Source: Malacoraja senta
Taxonomy: Eukaryota
DNA: 64,000 nt
NCBI GenBank assembly: GCA_038087875.1
Contig: CM075987.1
Span: 18,044,001 to 18,108,000, forward strand
Direction: 5' to 3'
Shown here: positions 1 through 12,348 of the stretch, piece by piece
Layout: each line of letters starts with the position of its first letter
Position numbering within the stretch: position 1 is the stretch's first letter
Made by a program: the position numbers and the translations under genes
Notes under the pieces: model-generated
What the model was told of the DNA's origin: nothing
Databases searched by the model: none
What the model saw: the letters and a program-made list of their open reading frames with translations, nothing else

Positions 1-507
1 GTAAGAGATCCGCACAGGCCAGTTAATACTACCTGTTTTTGCCACCACCAAGGCACAGGTGTATTCTTGGGAAACAGTACTTGTACGTCAACTCAGGCAG
101 CCACCATTATCGGCCCACCCCGACCAGTTAATGGCACATATTTTGTATGTGGATCCTGGGCCTACCCATGGTTACCAGGAATGCCGCCGGCTGACGGGGC
201 AGCTTGGGAACGACTAAAAGGACCCCATCACTGGACAGGGTGTTGTTATGTTGCATATGTGGTCCCACGTATGAGAAGCATGAGCCAGTTGCACCGGCAC
301 ACGAGGATTTCCAAGCGAAGCCTAGCAAAGGCTGAGCAATTTTTTATGATACTCTTCCCGTCCTTTGGTAGTATAATAGTGTCACGGGAACTAATTAAAA
401 TGGCCTCCATTTTAGAGACACTTGCTAATGCCACTGCCATCTCCTTGAGTGCAACCCAGGAGGAGGTAGAAGGGGTGACAGCTGAGATGGTAGCTATTAG
501 GACCGTA
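1..507 (+). pseudogene. env: Endogenous retrovirus env fragment (SU C-terminus, furin site, fusion peptide, start of TM heptad repeat), probably class I (gamma/epsilon-like)
   Basis: ORF 67..624 has GTYFVCG..AYPWLP..WTGCCY, then the basic site RISKR, hydrophobic FFMILFPSFG and heptad ILETLANATAISLSATQEEV..EMVAIRTV. It is cut by CR1 sequence at ~508, where the immunosuppressive domain would start. Confidence 0.8.
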
Positions 508-1082
508 GAACTGGCCTCAACTACCCTCTGTGGCAGAGAGTTCCAGAGATTCACCACTCTCTGTGTGAAAAAAGTTCTTCTCATCTCGGTTTTAAAGGAT
601 TTCCCCCTTATCCTTAAGCTGTGACCCCTTGTCCTGGACTTCCCCAACATCGGGAACAATCTTCCTGCATCTAGCCTGTCCAACCCCATAAGAATTTTGT
701 ACGTTTCTATAAGATCCCCTCTCAATCTCCTAAATTCTAGCGAGTATAAGCCAAGTCTATCCAGTCTTTCTTCATATGAAAGTCCTGACATCCCAGGAAT
801 CAGTCTGGTGAACCTTCTCTGCACTCCCTCTATGGCTATAATGTTCTTCCTCAGATTTGGAGACCAAAACTGTACGCAATACTCCAGGTGTGGTCTCACC
901 AAGACCCTGTACAACTGCAGTAGAACCTCCCTGCTCCTATACTCAAATCCTTTTGCTATGAAAGCTAACATACCATTCGCTTTCTTCACTGCCTGCTGCA
1001 CCTGCATGCCTACTTTCAATGACTGGTGTACCATGACACCCAGGTCTCGCTGCATCTCCCCTTTTCCTAGTCGGCCACCATT
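508..1082 (-). mobile_element. CR1 LINE (lineage A) internal ORF2 fragment without 3' tail
   Basis: ORF 246..1055 (MQRDLGVMVHQSLK...[14 protein letters not shown]...LWNSLP) is near-identical to the other lineage-A copies. Confidence 0.92.
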
Positions 1083-1706
1083 GGATTATGGTGACATATA
1101 GCTGGAAGGGTCGGTCATACAGTGGGCGTCCCACAGTGGGTGCCAAAGCCAGTGCTTGTTTCAAAGCTGCGAAGGCTTTGGTCTGCTCCTCATAAGTGTG
1201 AACTGCCGTGCTGCTTTAGCGGAGGCTAATGGTGATAGATGCTTGGTGTAAAGAGCCACATCTGGGATCCATTGTCGGCAGAAATATACTAACCCCAGGA
1301 ATGCTCTCATTTGTTTAGACGTCTCTGATTTTGGATGGTGGACAATGGGGTCCACTCTGGCAGGGGTGAGGGCAATTTCCGTGGCACTAATCATCACCCC
1401 GAGAAATGTTACTTTTTTCTGCCCCTCAGTGACTTTTCGCTAAAGTATCACATATCCCCATTTGAGTAAGGCTTTTAATAGAGTGGTCCTGCCTTCGGCA
1501 TTGCTAGCCTTATCACTGCTGGCCAATAGCAGGTCATCCACGCACTGGACAATGGCTGAAGCTTTTGGTGGGGCAAGAGTCTTTAACTGGTCTGCCAAGA
1601 TCTGGGAGAAGATTGTAGGTGAATGTACAGGGCCCTGGGGTAACCGTGTCCATGTGTATTGCTGTCCATACGTAAAGGCAAAAAGGTGTTGGCAGTCGGG
1701 GTGCAA
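1083..1706 (-). pseudogene. pol: Endogenous retrovirus pol fragment (RT core and connection domain), frameshifted
   Basis: FAFTY..QYTWTRLPQG..HSPTIF and QCVDDLLLAS (degenerate YVDD) in 1440..1706; KQMRAFLGLVYFCRQWIP in 1161..1397; KQALALAPTVGRPLYDRPFQLYV in 943..1164. Confidence 0.88.
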
Positions 1707-1721
1707 TGTGTGGGCGTGGGA

Positions 1722-1863
1722 GGGGGACTGGTGACGTGGGAGGGGCTGGAGACGTGTTAGGGGCTGGTGACGTGGGAGGGGCTGGGGACGTGGGAGGGGC
1801 TGGTGACGTAGGAGGGGCTGGTGACGTCTAGGGGCTGGTGACGTGCTGGGGCTCGTGACGTCA
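1722..1863. repeat. ~18-bp tandem repeat (GGTGACGTGGGAGGGGCT-like, ~8 units), most units carrying a TGACGT CRE/ATF-type core
   Basis: Visible in sequence; ends in a full TGACGTCA palindrome at ~1856-1863. Confidence 0.85.
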
Positions 1864-2255
1864 ATTCCGGGCCGTGGCCCTGCGCTGCGCGGTCACTTCC
1901 GGTTTGGTCTCGTCTCCCCCCCCCCCGGGAGGGTCAACGCTCCATCCGCGCTCTCTCTCTCTCGGTCCTCCGGTCCGGTCCTCCAGGCGGGCGGGCGGGG
2001 TGAGTGAGCCGTGAGTACCCGGGTGGGCGGGGGGGGGGGGGGGCCGGGCGCGGTGAGTGGCTCCGGTGGATCAGGGAGGGAGGGCGCATGCGCTGGGATT
2101 CGGTGCCGGGGGCGGCTCCAGTCTCCGGCCTCGCACCGGGAGACTCACAGTGACCGGGCCTGGGGTTGGGGTTGGCGGAGCGGGGAGCCGGGCCGGGCCG
2201 GGCCGGGGCCGCAACAACACGGTCTCGGGGCTGATGGTGGGATGAGGGGGGCGGG
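1855..2255 (+). promoter_or_regulatory. CpG-island promoter with probable non-coding first exon
   Basis: Very GC/CpG-rich. CRE TGACGTCA at ~1856, ETS ACTTCCGGT 1895-1903, GC boxes, NRF1-type GCGCATGCGC 2084-2093, and + strand donor consensus GTGAGT at 2000, 2011 and 2053. Confidence 0.7.
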
Positions 2256-2357
2256 AGATTGATAGAGAGAGATAGAGAGATGGATAGAGACAGAGAGAGA
2301 CACAGAGACAGAGAGAGATAGAGATAGAGAGATAAAGTCAGAGAGAGAGAGTGAGAA

Positions 2358-2800
2358 ACATAGAAACATAGACAATAGGTGCAGGAGGAGGCCATTCGGC
2401 CCTTCGAGCCAGCACCGCCATTCATTGTGATCATGGCTGATCGTCCCCAATCAATAACCTGTGCCTGCCTTCTCCCCATATCCCTTGACTCCACTAGCCC
2501 CTAGAGCTCTGTCTCTTAAATCTATCCAGTGATTTGGCCTCCACTGCCCTCTGTGGCAGGGAATTCCACAAATTCACAACTCTCTGGGTGAAAACGTTTT
2601 TTCTCACCTCAGTCTTAAATGGCCTCCCCTTTATTCTTAGACTGTGGCCGCTGGTTCTGGACTCGCCCAACATTGGGAACATTTTTCCTGTATCTAGCTT
2701 GTCCAGTACTTTTATAATTTTATGTTTCTATAAGAATCACCCCCTCATCCTTCTGAACTCCAGTGAATACAAGCCTAGTCTTTTCAACCTTTCCTCATAT
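2358..2800 (-). mobile_element. CR1 (lineage C-like) 3' end; continues at 19416
   Basis: Tail repeat (TTCTATGT/TTGTCTA on element strand), 3' hairpin region and ORF2 C-terminus FPMLGESRT..LWNSLPQ. TCATAT at 2795-2800 recurs at 19416-19421, where the element resumes. Confidence 0.85.
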
Positions 2801-3321
2801 TCAGATTCAGATTCAGATTCAACTTTATTGTCATTGTGCAGTGTACAGTACAGAGACAACGAAATGCAGTTAGCATCTCACTAGAAGAGCGACATAAATA
2901 TGAGCAATAAATAAATCTAATAAATCCTGGTGGGAGGAGTGTCCGGGGTGGGGGTGATTGGCAGTCACCGAGGTACAGTTTTGAGTAGTGTAACAGCCGC
3001 AGGGAAGAAGCTGTTCCTGGACCTGCTGGTCCGGCAACGGAGAGACCTGTAGCGCCTCCCGGATGGTAGGAGGGTAAACAGTCTGCTTGGGGTGAGAGGG
3101 GTCCTTGGCGATGCTGAGCGCTCTTCGCAGACAATGCTTGCTTTGGACAGACTCAATGGAGGGGAGTGAGGAACCGGTGATGCGTTGGGCAATTTTCACC
3201 ACCCTCTGCAGTGCTTTCCGGTCGGAGACAGAGCAGTTGCCATACCATACTGTGATGCAGTTGGTAAGGATGCTCTCGATGGTGCAGCGGTAGAAGTTCA
3301 CCAGAATCTGAGGAGACAGAT
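2801..3321 (-). mobile_element. Rex1/Babar LINE, 3' piece of a split element
   Basis: (GAATCT)n tail at 2801-2821; peptides LSPQILVNFYRCTIESILTNCITVWYG and LLPSGRRYRSLRCRTSR. Confidence 0.8.
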
Positions 3322-5502
3322 ACATAGATACATGGAAAATAGGTACAGGAGTAGGCCATTCGGCCCTTCGAGCCTGCACCGCCATTCAATATGATCATGG
3401 CTGATCATCCAACTCAGTATCCCGTACCTGCCTTCTCTCCATACCCCCTGATCCCTTTAGTACAAGGGCCACATCTAACTCCCTCTGAAATATAGCCAAT
3501 GAACTGGCCTCAACTACCCTCTGTGGCAGAGAGTTCCAGAGATTCACCACTCTCTGTGTGAAAAAGTTTTTTCTCATCTCGGTCTTAAAGGATTTCCCCC
3601 TTATCCTTAAGCTGTGACCCCTTGTCCTGGACTTCCCCAACATCGGGAACAATCTTCCTGCATCTATCCTGTCCAACCCCATAAGAATTTTGTACGTTTC
3701 TATAAGATCCCCTCTCAATCTCCTAAATTCTAGCGAGTATAAGCCAAGTCTATCCAGTCTTTCTTCATATGAAAGTCCTGACATCCCAGGAATCAGTCTG
3801 GTGAACCTTCTCTGCACTCCCTCTATGGCTATAATGTCCTTCCTCAGATTTGGAGACCAAAACTGTACGCAATACTCCAGGTGTGCTCTCACCAAGACCC
3901 TGTACAACTGCAGTAGAACCTCCCTGCTCCTATACTCAAATCCTTTTGCTATGAAAGCTAACATATCATTCGCTTTCTTCACTGCCTGCTGCACCTGCAT
4001 GCCTACTTTCAATGACTGGTGTACCATGACACCCAGGTCTCGCTGCATCTCCCCTTTTCCTAATCGGCCACCATTTAGATAATAGTCTGCTTTCCTGTTT
4101 TTGCCCCCAAAGTGGATAACCTCACATTTATCCACATTATACTGCATCTGCCAAACATTTGCCCACGCACCCAGCCTATCCAAGTCACCTTGCAGTCTCC
4201 TAGCATCCTCCTCACAGCTAACACTGCCCCCCAGCTTAGTGTCATCCGCAAACTTGGAGATGTTGCCTTCAATTCCCTCATCCTGCTCATCAATAAAAAT
4301 TGTAAATAGCTGGGGTCCCAGCACTGAGCCTTGCGATACCCCACTAGTCACTGCCTGCCATTGTGAAAAGGACACGTTTACTCTTACTCTTTGCTTCCTG
4401 TTTGCTAGCCAGTTCTCTATCCACATCAATACTGAACCCCCAATACCGTGTGCTTTAAGTTTGTATACTAATCTCTTATGTGGGACCTTGTCGAAAGCCT
4501 TCTGTAAGTCCAGATACAACACATCCACTGGTTCTCCCCTATCCACTCTACTAGTTACATCCTCGAAAAATTCTATAAGATTCGTCAGACATGATTTACC
4601 TTTCGTAAATCCATGCTGACTTTGTCCAATGATTTCACCACTTTCCAAATGTGCTGCTATCCCATCTTTAATAACTGACTCTAGCAGTTTCCCCACTACC
4701 GATGTTAGACTAACTTGTCTGTAATTCCCCGTTTTCTCTCTCCCTCCCTTCTTAAAAAGTGGGGTTACGTTTGCTTCCCTCCAATCCTCAGGAACTACTC
4801 CAGAATCTAAAGAGTTTTGAAAAATTATCACTAATGCATCCACTATTTCTGGAGCTACTTCCTTAAGTACTCTGGTATGCAGCCTATCTGGCCCTAGTGA
4901 TTTATCGGCCTTTAATCCATTCAATTTACCCAACACCACTTCCCGACTAACCTGGATTTCACTCAGTTCCTCCATCTCCTTTGACCCGCAGTCCCCTGCT
5001 ATTTCCAGCAGATTATTTATGTCTTCCTTAGTGAAGACGGAACCAAAGTAGTTATTCAATTGGTCCGCCATATCCTTGTTCCCCATGATCAATTCACCTG
5101 TTTCTGACTGCAAGGGACCTACATTTGTTTTAACTAATCTCTTTCTCTTCATATATCTATAAAAACTTTTGCAGTCAGTTTTTATGTTCCCTGCCAGTTT
5201 TCTTTCATAATCTATTTTCCCTTTCCTAATTAAGCCCTTTGTCCTCCTCTGCTGGTCTCTGAATTTCTCCCAGTCCTCTGGTATGCTGCTTTTTTCTGGC
5301 TAATTTGTACGCATCATCTTTTGCTTTGATACTATCCCTGATTTCCCTTGTTATCCACGGATGCACTACCTTCCATGATTTATTCTTTTGCCAAACTGGG
5401 ATGTACAATTTTTGTAGTTCATCCATGCAGTCTTTAAATGCCTTCCATTACATATCCACCGTCAACCCTTTTAGAACTAATTGCCAGTCAATCTTGGCCA
5501 AT
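3322..5502 (-). mobile_element. CR1 lineage A, 3' part (RT and tail); continues at 8964-9264 and 14069-14140
   Basis: ORF 3395..5152 has RT motifs ([22 protein letters not shown]); tail at 3322-3340. Confidence 0.93.
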
Positions 5503-8500
5503 AGAGAATGCTATTAGGCAGGAGGCAGAGAAGGAAAGCCCTCAGACCCAACATGTAGGGGGGAAAGAAGAAAACAATAATAAACAGAGAATAAGAAGTG
5601 GTGGGGTTCTTAAATGGGTGAGCAGAGAAACAGAGGGGTGTAAAATGCAGGTGGAAGCAATAGGTAGCAAGGTGACAATTAAAAGTGGCAGCAGACAAAT
5701 CCAGGGCAAAAATCAAAAAGGGCCACTTTTCAACATAATTGTATAAGGGGTAAGAGCGTTGTAAAAACAAGCCTGAAGACTTTGTGTCTCAATGCAAGGT
5801 GCATTCGTAATAAGGTGGATGAGTTGAACGTGCAGATAGCAATTAATGATTATGATATAGTTGGGATCACGGAGACATGGCTCCAGGGTGACCAAGGCTG
5901 GGAGCTGAACATCCACGATATTCAATATTCAGGAGGGATAGAGAGAAAGGAAAAGGAGGTGGGGTAGCGTTGCTGGTTAGAGAGGAGATTAACGCAGTGG
6001 AAAGGAAGGACATTAGCTTGGAGATGTGGAATCGGTATGGGTAGAGCTGCGAAACACTAAGGGGCAGAAAACGCTGGTGGGTGTTGTGTACAGGGCACCT
6101 AGCAGTAGTAGTGAAGTTGGGGATGGCATCAAACAGGAAATTAGAAATGCGTGCAACAAAGGCAAAACAGCTATAATGGGTGACTTCAATCTACATATAG
6201 ATTGGGTGAATCAAATTGGCAGGGGTGCTGAAGAAGAGGATTTCTTGGAATATATGTGGGATAGTTATCTAAACCAACATGTAGAGGAACCAACGAGAGA
6301 GCAGGCTATTCTAGACTGGGTATTGAGTAATGAGGAAGGGTTAGTTAGCAGTCTTGTTGTGCGTGCCCCCTTGGGCAAGAGTGACCATAATATGGTTGAG
6401 TTCTTCATTAGGATGGAGAGTGACATTGTTAATTCAGAAACAACGGTTTTGAACTTAAAGAAAGGCAACTTTGAGGGTAAGAGACGTGAATTGGCCAAGA
6501 TTGACTGGCAATTAGTTCTAAAAAGGGTTGACGGTGGATATGCAATGGAAGGCGTTTAAAGACTGCATGGATGAACTACAAAAATCGTTCATCCCAGTTT
6601 GGCAAAAGAATAAATCAGGGAAGGTAGTGCATCCGTGGATAACAAGGGAAATCAGGGATAGTATCAAAGCAAAAGATGATGCGTACAAATTAGCCAGAAA
6701 AAGCAGCATACCAGAGGACTGGGAGGAATTCAGAGACCAGCAGAGGAGGACATGGGGCTTAATTAGGAAAGGGAAAATAGATTATGAAAGAAAACTGGCA
6801 GGGAACATAAAAACTGACTGCAAAAGTTTTTATAGATATGTGAAGAGAAAGAGATTAGTTAAAACAAATGTAGGTCCCTTGGCAGTCAGAAACATGTGAA
6901 TTGATCATGGGGAACAAGGATATGGCGGACCAACTGAATAACTACTTTGGTTCCGTCTTCACTAAGGAAGACATAAATAATCTGCCGGAAATAGCAGGGG
7001 GGCGCGGGTCAAAGGAGATGGAGGAACTGAGTGAAATCCAGGTTAGTCGGGAAGTGGTGTTGGGTAAATTGAATGGATTAAAGGCCGATAAATCACCAGG
7101 GCCAGATAGGCTGCATCCCAGAGTACTTAAGGAAGTAGCTCCCAGAAATAGTGGAAGCATTAGTGATAATTTTTCAAAACTCTTTAGATTCTGGAGTAGT
7201 TCCTGAGGATTGGAGGGTAGCAACGTAACCCACTTTTTAAGAAGGGAGGGAGAGAGAAAACGGGGAATTACAGACCAGTTAGTCTAACATCGGTAGTGGG
7301 GAAACTGCTAGAGTCAGTTATTAAAGATGGGATAGCAGCACATTTGGAAAGTGGTGAAATCATTGGACAAATTCAGCATGGATTTACGAAAGGTAAATCG
7401 TGTCTGACGAATCTTATAGAATTTTTCGAGGATGTAACTAGTAGAGTGGATAGGGGAGAACCAGTGGATGTGTTGGTGGCAAAAACAGGAAAGCAGACTA
7501 TTTTCTAAATGGTGGCCGACTAGGAAAAGGGGAGATGCAGCGAGACCTGGGTGTCATGGTACACCAGTCATTGAAAGTAGGCATGCAGGTGCAGCAGGCA
7601 GTGAAGAAAGCGAATGGTATGTTAGCTTTCATAGCAAAAGGATTTGAGTATAGGAGCAGGGAGGTTCTACTGCAGTTGTACAGGGTCTTGGTGAGACCAC
7701 ACCTGGAGTATTGCGTACAGTTTTGGTCTCCAAATCTGAGGAAGACATTATAGCCATAGAGGGAGTGCAGAGAAGGTTCACCAGACTGATTCCTGGGATG
7801 TCAGGACTGTCTTATGAAGAAAGACTGGATAGACTTGGTTTATACTCTCTAGAATTTAGGAGATTGAGAGGGGATCTTATAGAAACTTACAAAATTCTTA
7901 AGGGGTTGGACAGGCTAGATGCAGGAAGATTGCTCCCGATGTTGGGGAAGTCCAGGACAAGGGGGTCACAGCTTAAGGATAAGGGGGAAATCCTTTAAAA
8001 CCGAGATGAGAAGAACTTTTTTCACACAGAGAGTGGTGAATCTCTGGAACTCTCTGCCACAGAGGGTAGTCGAGGCCAGTTCATTGGCTATATTTAAGAG
8101 GGAGCTAGATGTGGCCCTTGTGGCTAAAGGGATCAGAGGGTATGGAGAGAAGGCAGGTACGGGATACTGAGTTGGATGATCAGCCATGATCATATTGAAT
8201 GGCGGTGCAGGCTCGAAGGGCCGAATGGCCTACTCCTGCACCTAATTTCTATGTTTCTATGTTTCTATGTTGTATCTGGACTTTCAGAAGGCTTTCGACA
8301 AGGTACCACATAAGAGATTAGTATACAAACTTAAAGCACACGGTATTGGGGGTTCAGTATTGATGTGGATAGAGAACTGGCTGGCAAACAGGAAGCAAAG
8401 AGTAGGAGTAAACGGGTCCTTTTCACAATGGCCGGCAGTGACTAGTAGGGTACCGCAAGGCTCAGTGCTGGGACCCCAGATATTTACAATTTATATTAAT

Positions 8501-8963
8501 GAGCTGGATGAGGGAATTGAAGGCAACATCTCCAAGTTTGCGGATGACACTAAGCTGGGGGGCAGTGTTAGCTGTGAGGAGGATGCTAGGAGACTGCAAG
8601 GTGACTTGGATAGGCTGGGTAAGTGGGCAAATGTTTGGCAGATGCAGTATAATGTGGATAAATGTGAGGTTATCTACTTTGGTGGCAAAAACAGGAAAGC
8701 AGACCGAGATGAGGAAAAACTTTTTCACACAGAGAGTAGTGAATCTCTGGAACTCTGCCACAGAGGGTAGTTGAGGCCAGTTCATTGGCTATATTTAAGA
8801 GGGAGTTAGATGTGCCCCTTGTGGCTAAAGGGATCAGGGGGTATGGAGAGAAGGCAGGTACGGGATACTGAGTTGGATGATCAGCCATGATCATATTGAA
8901 TGGCGGTGCAGGCTCGAAGGGCCGAATGGAATACTCCTGCACCTATTTTCTATGTATCTATGT
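5503..8963 (+). mobile_element. CR1 lineage A, 5'-truncated and frameshifted, with a nested CR1 3' fragment (7476-8267) and an internal deletion at ~8704
   Basis: APE peptides (CLNAR, ITETWL, MGDFN, SDHN) and RT peptides; tails at ~8250-8267 and ~8950-8963; TGTTG duplicated at 7471-7475 and 8268-8272. Confidence 0.9.
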
Positions 8964-9264
8964 AATTCACGTCTCATACCCTCAAAGTTACCTTTCTTTA
9001 AGTTCAGAACCGTTGTTTCTGAATTAACAATGTCACTCTCCATCCTAATGAAGAACTCAGCCATATTATGGTCACTCTTGCCCAAGGGGGCACGCACAAC
9101 AAGACTGCTAACTAACCTTTCCTCATTACTCAATACCCAGTCTAGAATAGCCTGCTCTCTCGTTGGTTCCTCTACATGTTGGTTTAGATAACTATCCCGC
9201 ATACATTCCAAGAAATCCTCTTCCTCAGCACCCCTGCCAATTTGATTCACCCAATCTATATGTA
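8964..9264 (-). mobile_element. Continuation of the minus-strand CR1-A (endonuclease C-terminal part)
   Basis: Resumes GCCAAT|TCACGTCTC from 5502; peptide LHIDWVNQIGRG..GKSDHN. Confidence 0.88.
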
Positions 9265-9331
9265 ACCATATAACCATATAACCATAACAGCACGGAAACA
9301 GGCCATCTCGGCCCTTCAAGTCCGTGCCGAA

Positions 9332-9373
<42 letters not shown>

Positions 9374-9394
9374 AAATAAATACTTCCCCTAGTC

Positions 9395-12348
9395 CTATCT
9401 ACCTGCACTCAGACCATAACCCTCCATTCCTTTCCCGTCCATATACCCATCCAATCTATTTTTAAAGGATAACATCGAACCTGCCTCCACCACTTCCACT
9501 GGAAGATCATTCCACACAGCTACCACTCTCTGAGTAAAGAAGTTCCCCCTAATGTTCCCCCTAAACTTCAGTCCCTTAATTCTCAAGTCATGTCCCCTTG
9601 TTTGAATCTTCCCTACTCTCAATGGGAAAAGCTTATCCACGTCCACTCTGTCTAACCCGCTCATAATTTTCAAGACCTCTATCAAGTCCCCTCTTAACCT
9701 TCTGCGCTCCAAAGAATAAAGACCTAACTTGTTCAACCTTTCTCTGTAACTTAGTTGCTGAAACCCAGGCAACATTCTAGTAAATCTCCTCTGTACTCTC
9801 TCTATTTTGTTGACATCCTTCCTATAATTAGGCGACCAAAATTGTACTCCATACTCCAGAATTGGCCTCACCAATGCCTTGTACAATTTTAACATTACAT
9901 CCCAACTTCTATATTCAATGCTCTGATTTATAAAGGCCAGCACACCAAAAGCTTTCTTTACCACCCTATCTACATGAGATTCCACCTTCAGGGAACTATG
10001 CACAGTTATTCCTAAATCCCTCTGTTCAACTGCATTCCTCAATTCGCTACCATTTAGCGTGTACGTCCTATTTTGATTTGTCCTGCCGAGATGTAGCACC
10101 TCACATTTGTCAGCATTAAACTCCATCTGCCATCTTTCAGCCCACTCTTCCAAATGGCCTAAATCTCTCTGTAGACTTTGAAAATCTACTTCATTATCCA
10201 CAACACCACCTATCTTAGTATCATCTGCATACTTACTAATCCAATTTTCCACACTTTCATCCAGATCATTGATGTACATGACAAAGAACAGTGGACCCAA
10301 CACAGACCCTGAGGCACCCCACTAGTCACCGGCCTCCAACCTGACAAACAGCCATCCACCATTACTCTCTGGCATCTCCCATTCAGCCACTGTTGAATCC
10401 ATCTTCCTACTCCACCATTAATACCCAACAATTGAATCTTCTTAACCAACCTTCCATGAGGAACCTTGTCAAAGGCCTTACTGAAGTCCATATAGACAAC
10501 ATCCACTGCTTTACCCTCATCAATTTCCCTAGTAACCTCTTCGAAAAATTCAAGAAGATTAGTCAAGCATGACCTTCCAGGCACAAATCCATGTTGACTG
10601 TTCCTAATCAGACGCTGCTTATCCAGATGCTTATATATATTATCTTTAAGTATCCTTTCTATTAATTTGCCCACCACTGACGTCAAACTAACAGGTCTAT
10701 AATTGCTAGGTTTACTCTTCGAACCCTTTTTAAACAACGGAACAACATGCGCAGTACGCCAATCCTCCGGCACTATTCCCGTTTCTAATGACATTTGAAA
10801 TATTTCTGTCATAGCCCCTGCTATTTCTACACTAACTTCCCTCAATGTCCTAGGGAATATCCTGTCAGGACCTGGAGACTTATCCGTTTTCATATTTTTC
10901 AAAAGTGTCCGCACCTCCTCTTCTTTGAATCTCACAGTTTCCATTGCTACTCTGCTCGTTTCCCTTACCTTACATAATTCCATATCCTTCTCCTTCGTGA
11001 ATACCGAAGAAAAGAAATTGTTCAATATCTCCCCCATCTCTTTTGGCTCTGCAGATAGCTGTCCACTCTGTCTCTCTAATGGACCGATTTTATTCCTTGT
11101 TATCCTTTTGCTATTAATATAGCTGTAGAAACCCTTTGGATTTACTTTCACCTTACTTGCCAAAGCAACCTCATATCTTCTTTTAGCTTTTCTAATTTCT
11201 TTCTTAATATTCTTTTTACATTCTTTATACTCCTCAAGCACCTCATTTACTCCATGCTGCCTATAATTATTGTAGATCTCTCTCTTTTTCCGAACCAAGT
11301 GGCCAATTTCCCTTGAAAACCATGGCTCTTTCCATTTTTTACTATTTCCTTTCAACCGAACAGGGACATAAAGATTCTGTACTCTTAAAATTTCACCCTT
11401 AAATGTCCTCCATTTTTCTTCTACATCCTTCCCATAAAACAACATGTCCCAATTCACTCCTTTTAAATCCTTTCGCATCTCCTCAAAGTTAGCCTTTCTC
11501 CAAACAAAAATCTCAACCCTAGGTCCAGTTCTGACCCTCTCCATAATTATATTGAAACTAATGGTATTGTGATCACTGGACCCGAAGTGCTCCCCGACGC
11601 ATACCTCCGCCACCTGCCCTGTCTCATTTCCTAACAGGAGGTCCAGCACTGCCCCTTCTCTAGTAGGTACCTCTATGTATTGCTGCAAAAAACTATCTTG
11701 CACACATTTTACAAACTCCAAACCATCCAGCCCTTTTACAGAATGTGTTTCCCAGTCTATGTGTGGAAAATTGAAATCTCCCACAATGACTACCTTGTGC
11801 TTACTACTAATATCTGCTATCTCCTTACATATTTGCTCTTCCAATTCTCGCTCGCCATTTGGCGGTCTATAATACACCCCTATAAGTGTTGCTACACCTT
11901 TCCCATTTCTCAGTTCCACCCAAATAGCCTCCCTAGACGAGCCCTCTAATCTATCCTCCCAAAGCACTGCTGTAATATCTTCCTTGACAAGCAATGCAAC
12001 ACCCCCACCTCTTGCCCCTCCAATTCTATCACCCCTGAAGCAACGAAATCCTGGAATATTTATTTGCCAATCACAGCCCTCCTGCAACCATGTTTCACTG
12101 ATCGCCACAACATCATACTTCCAGCTGTCAATCCAGGCTCTAAGCTCATCCACCTTTCTTACAATGCTCCTAGCATTAAAATATACACATTTAAGTAACC
12201 CACCACCACTTATTCTCTGTTTATTATCTTTTTCTTCTTTCTCCCCTACATTTTGGGTCCGAGTGCTTCCCTTCTCTGCCTCCTGCCTCCCACATTTTCC
12301 ACTAGCTTTCTCTATTTGAGTCCCTCCCCCCAACCGTTCTAGTTTAAA
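9395..12348 (-). CDS. CR1-B ORF2 (APE endonuclease plus reverse transcriptase), one frameshift near 10305
   Basis: ORFs 10210..12333 (FNARS, ISETWL, VGDFN, SSDHN, DFSKAFD) and 9395..10303 (YADD). The sister copy reads ACAGATCCCTGAGG at 33431, versus ACAGACCCTGAGG here (1-bp deletion). Confidence 0.9.

Noticed and set aside
9334..9366. Poly(A) tract as the CR1-B terminus
   Set aside because: It lies inside the 3' UTR, upstream of the hairpin and ATATGGTT tail, and is absent from the 32460 copy; a local expansion.
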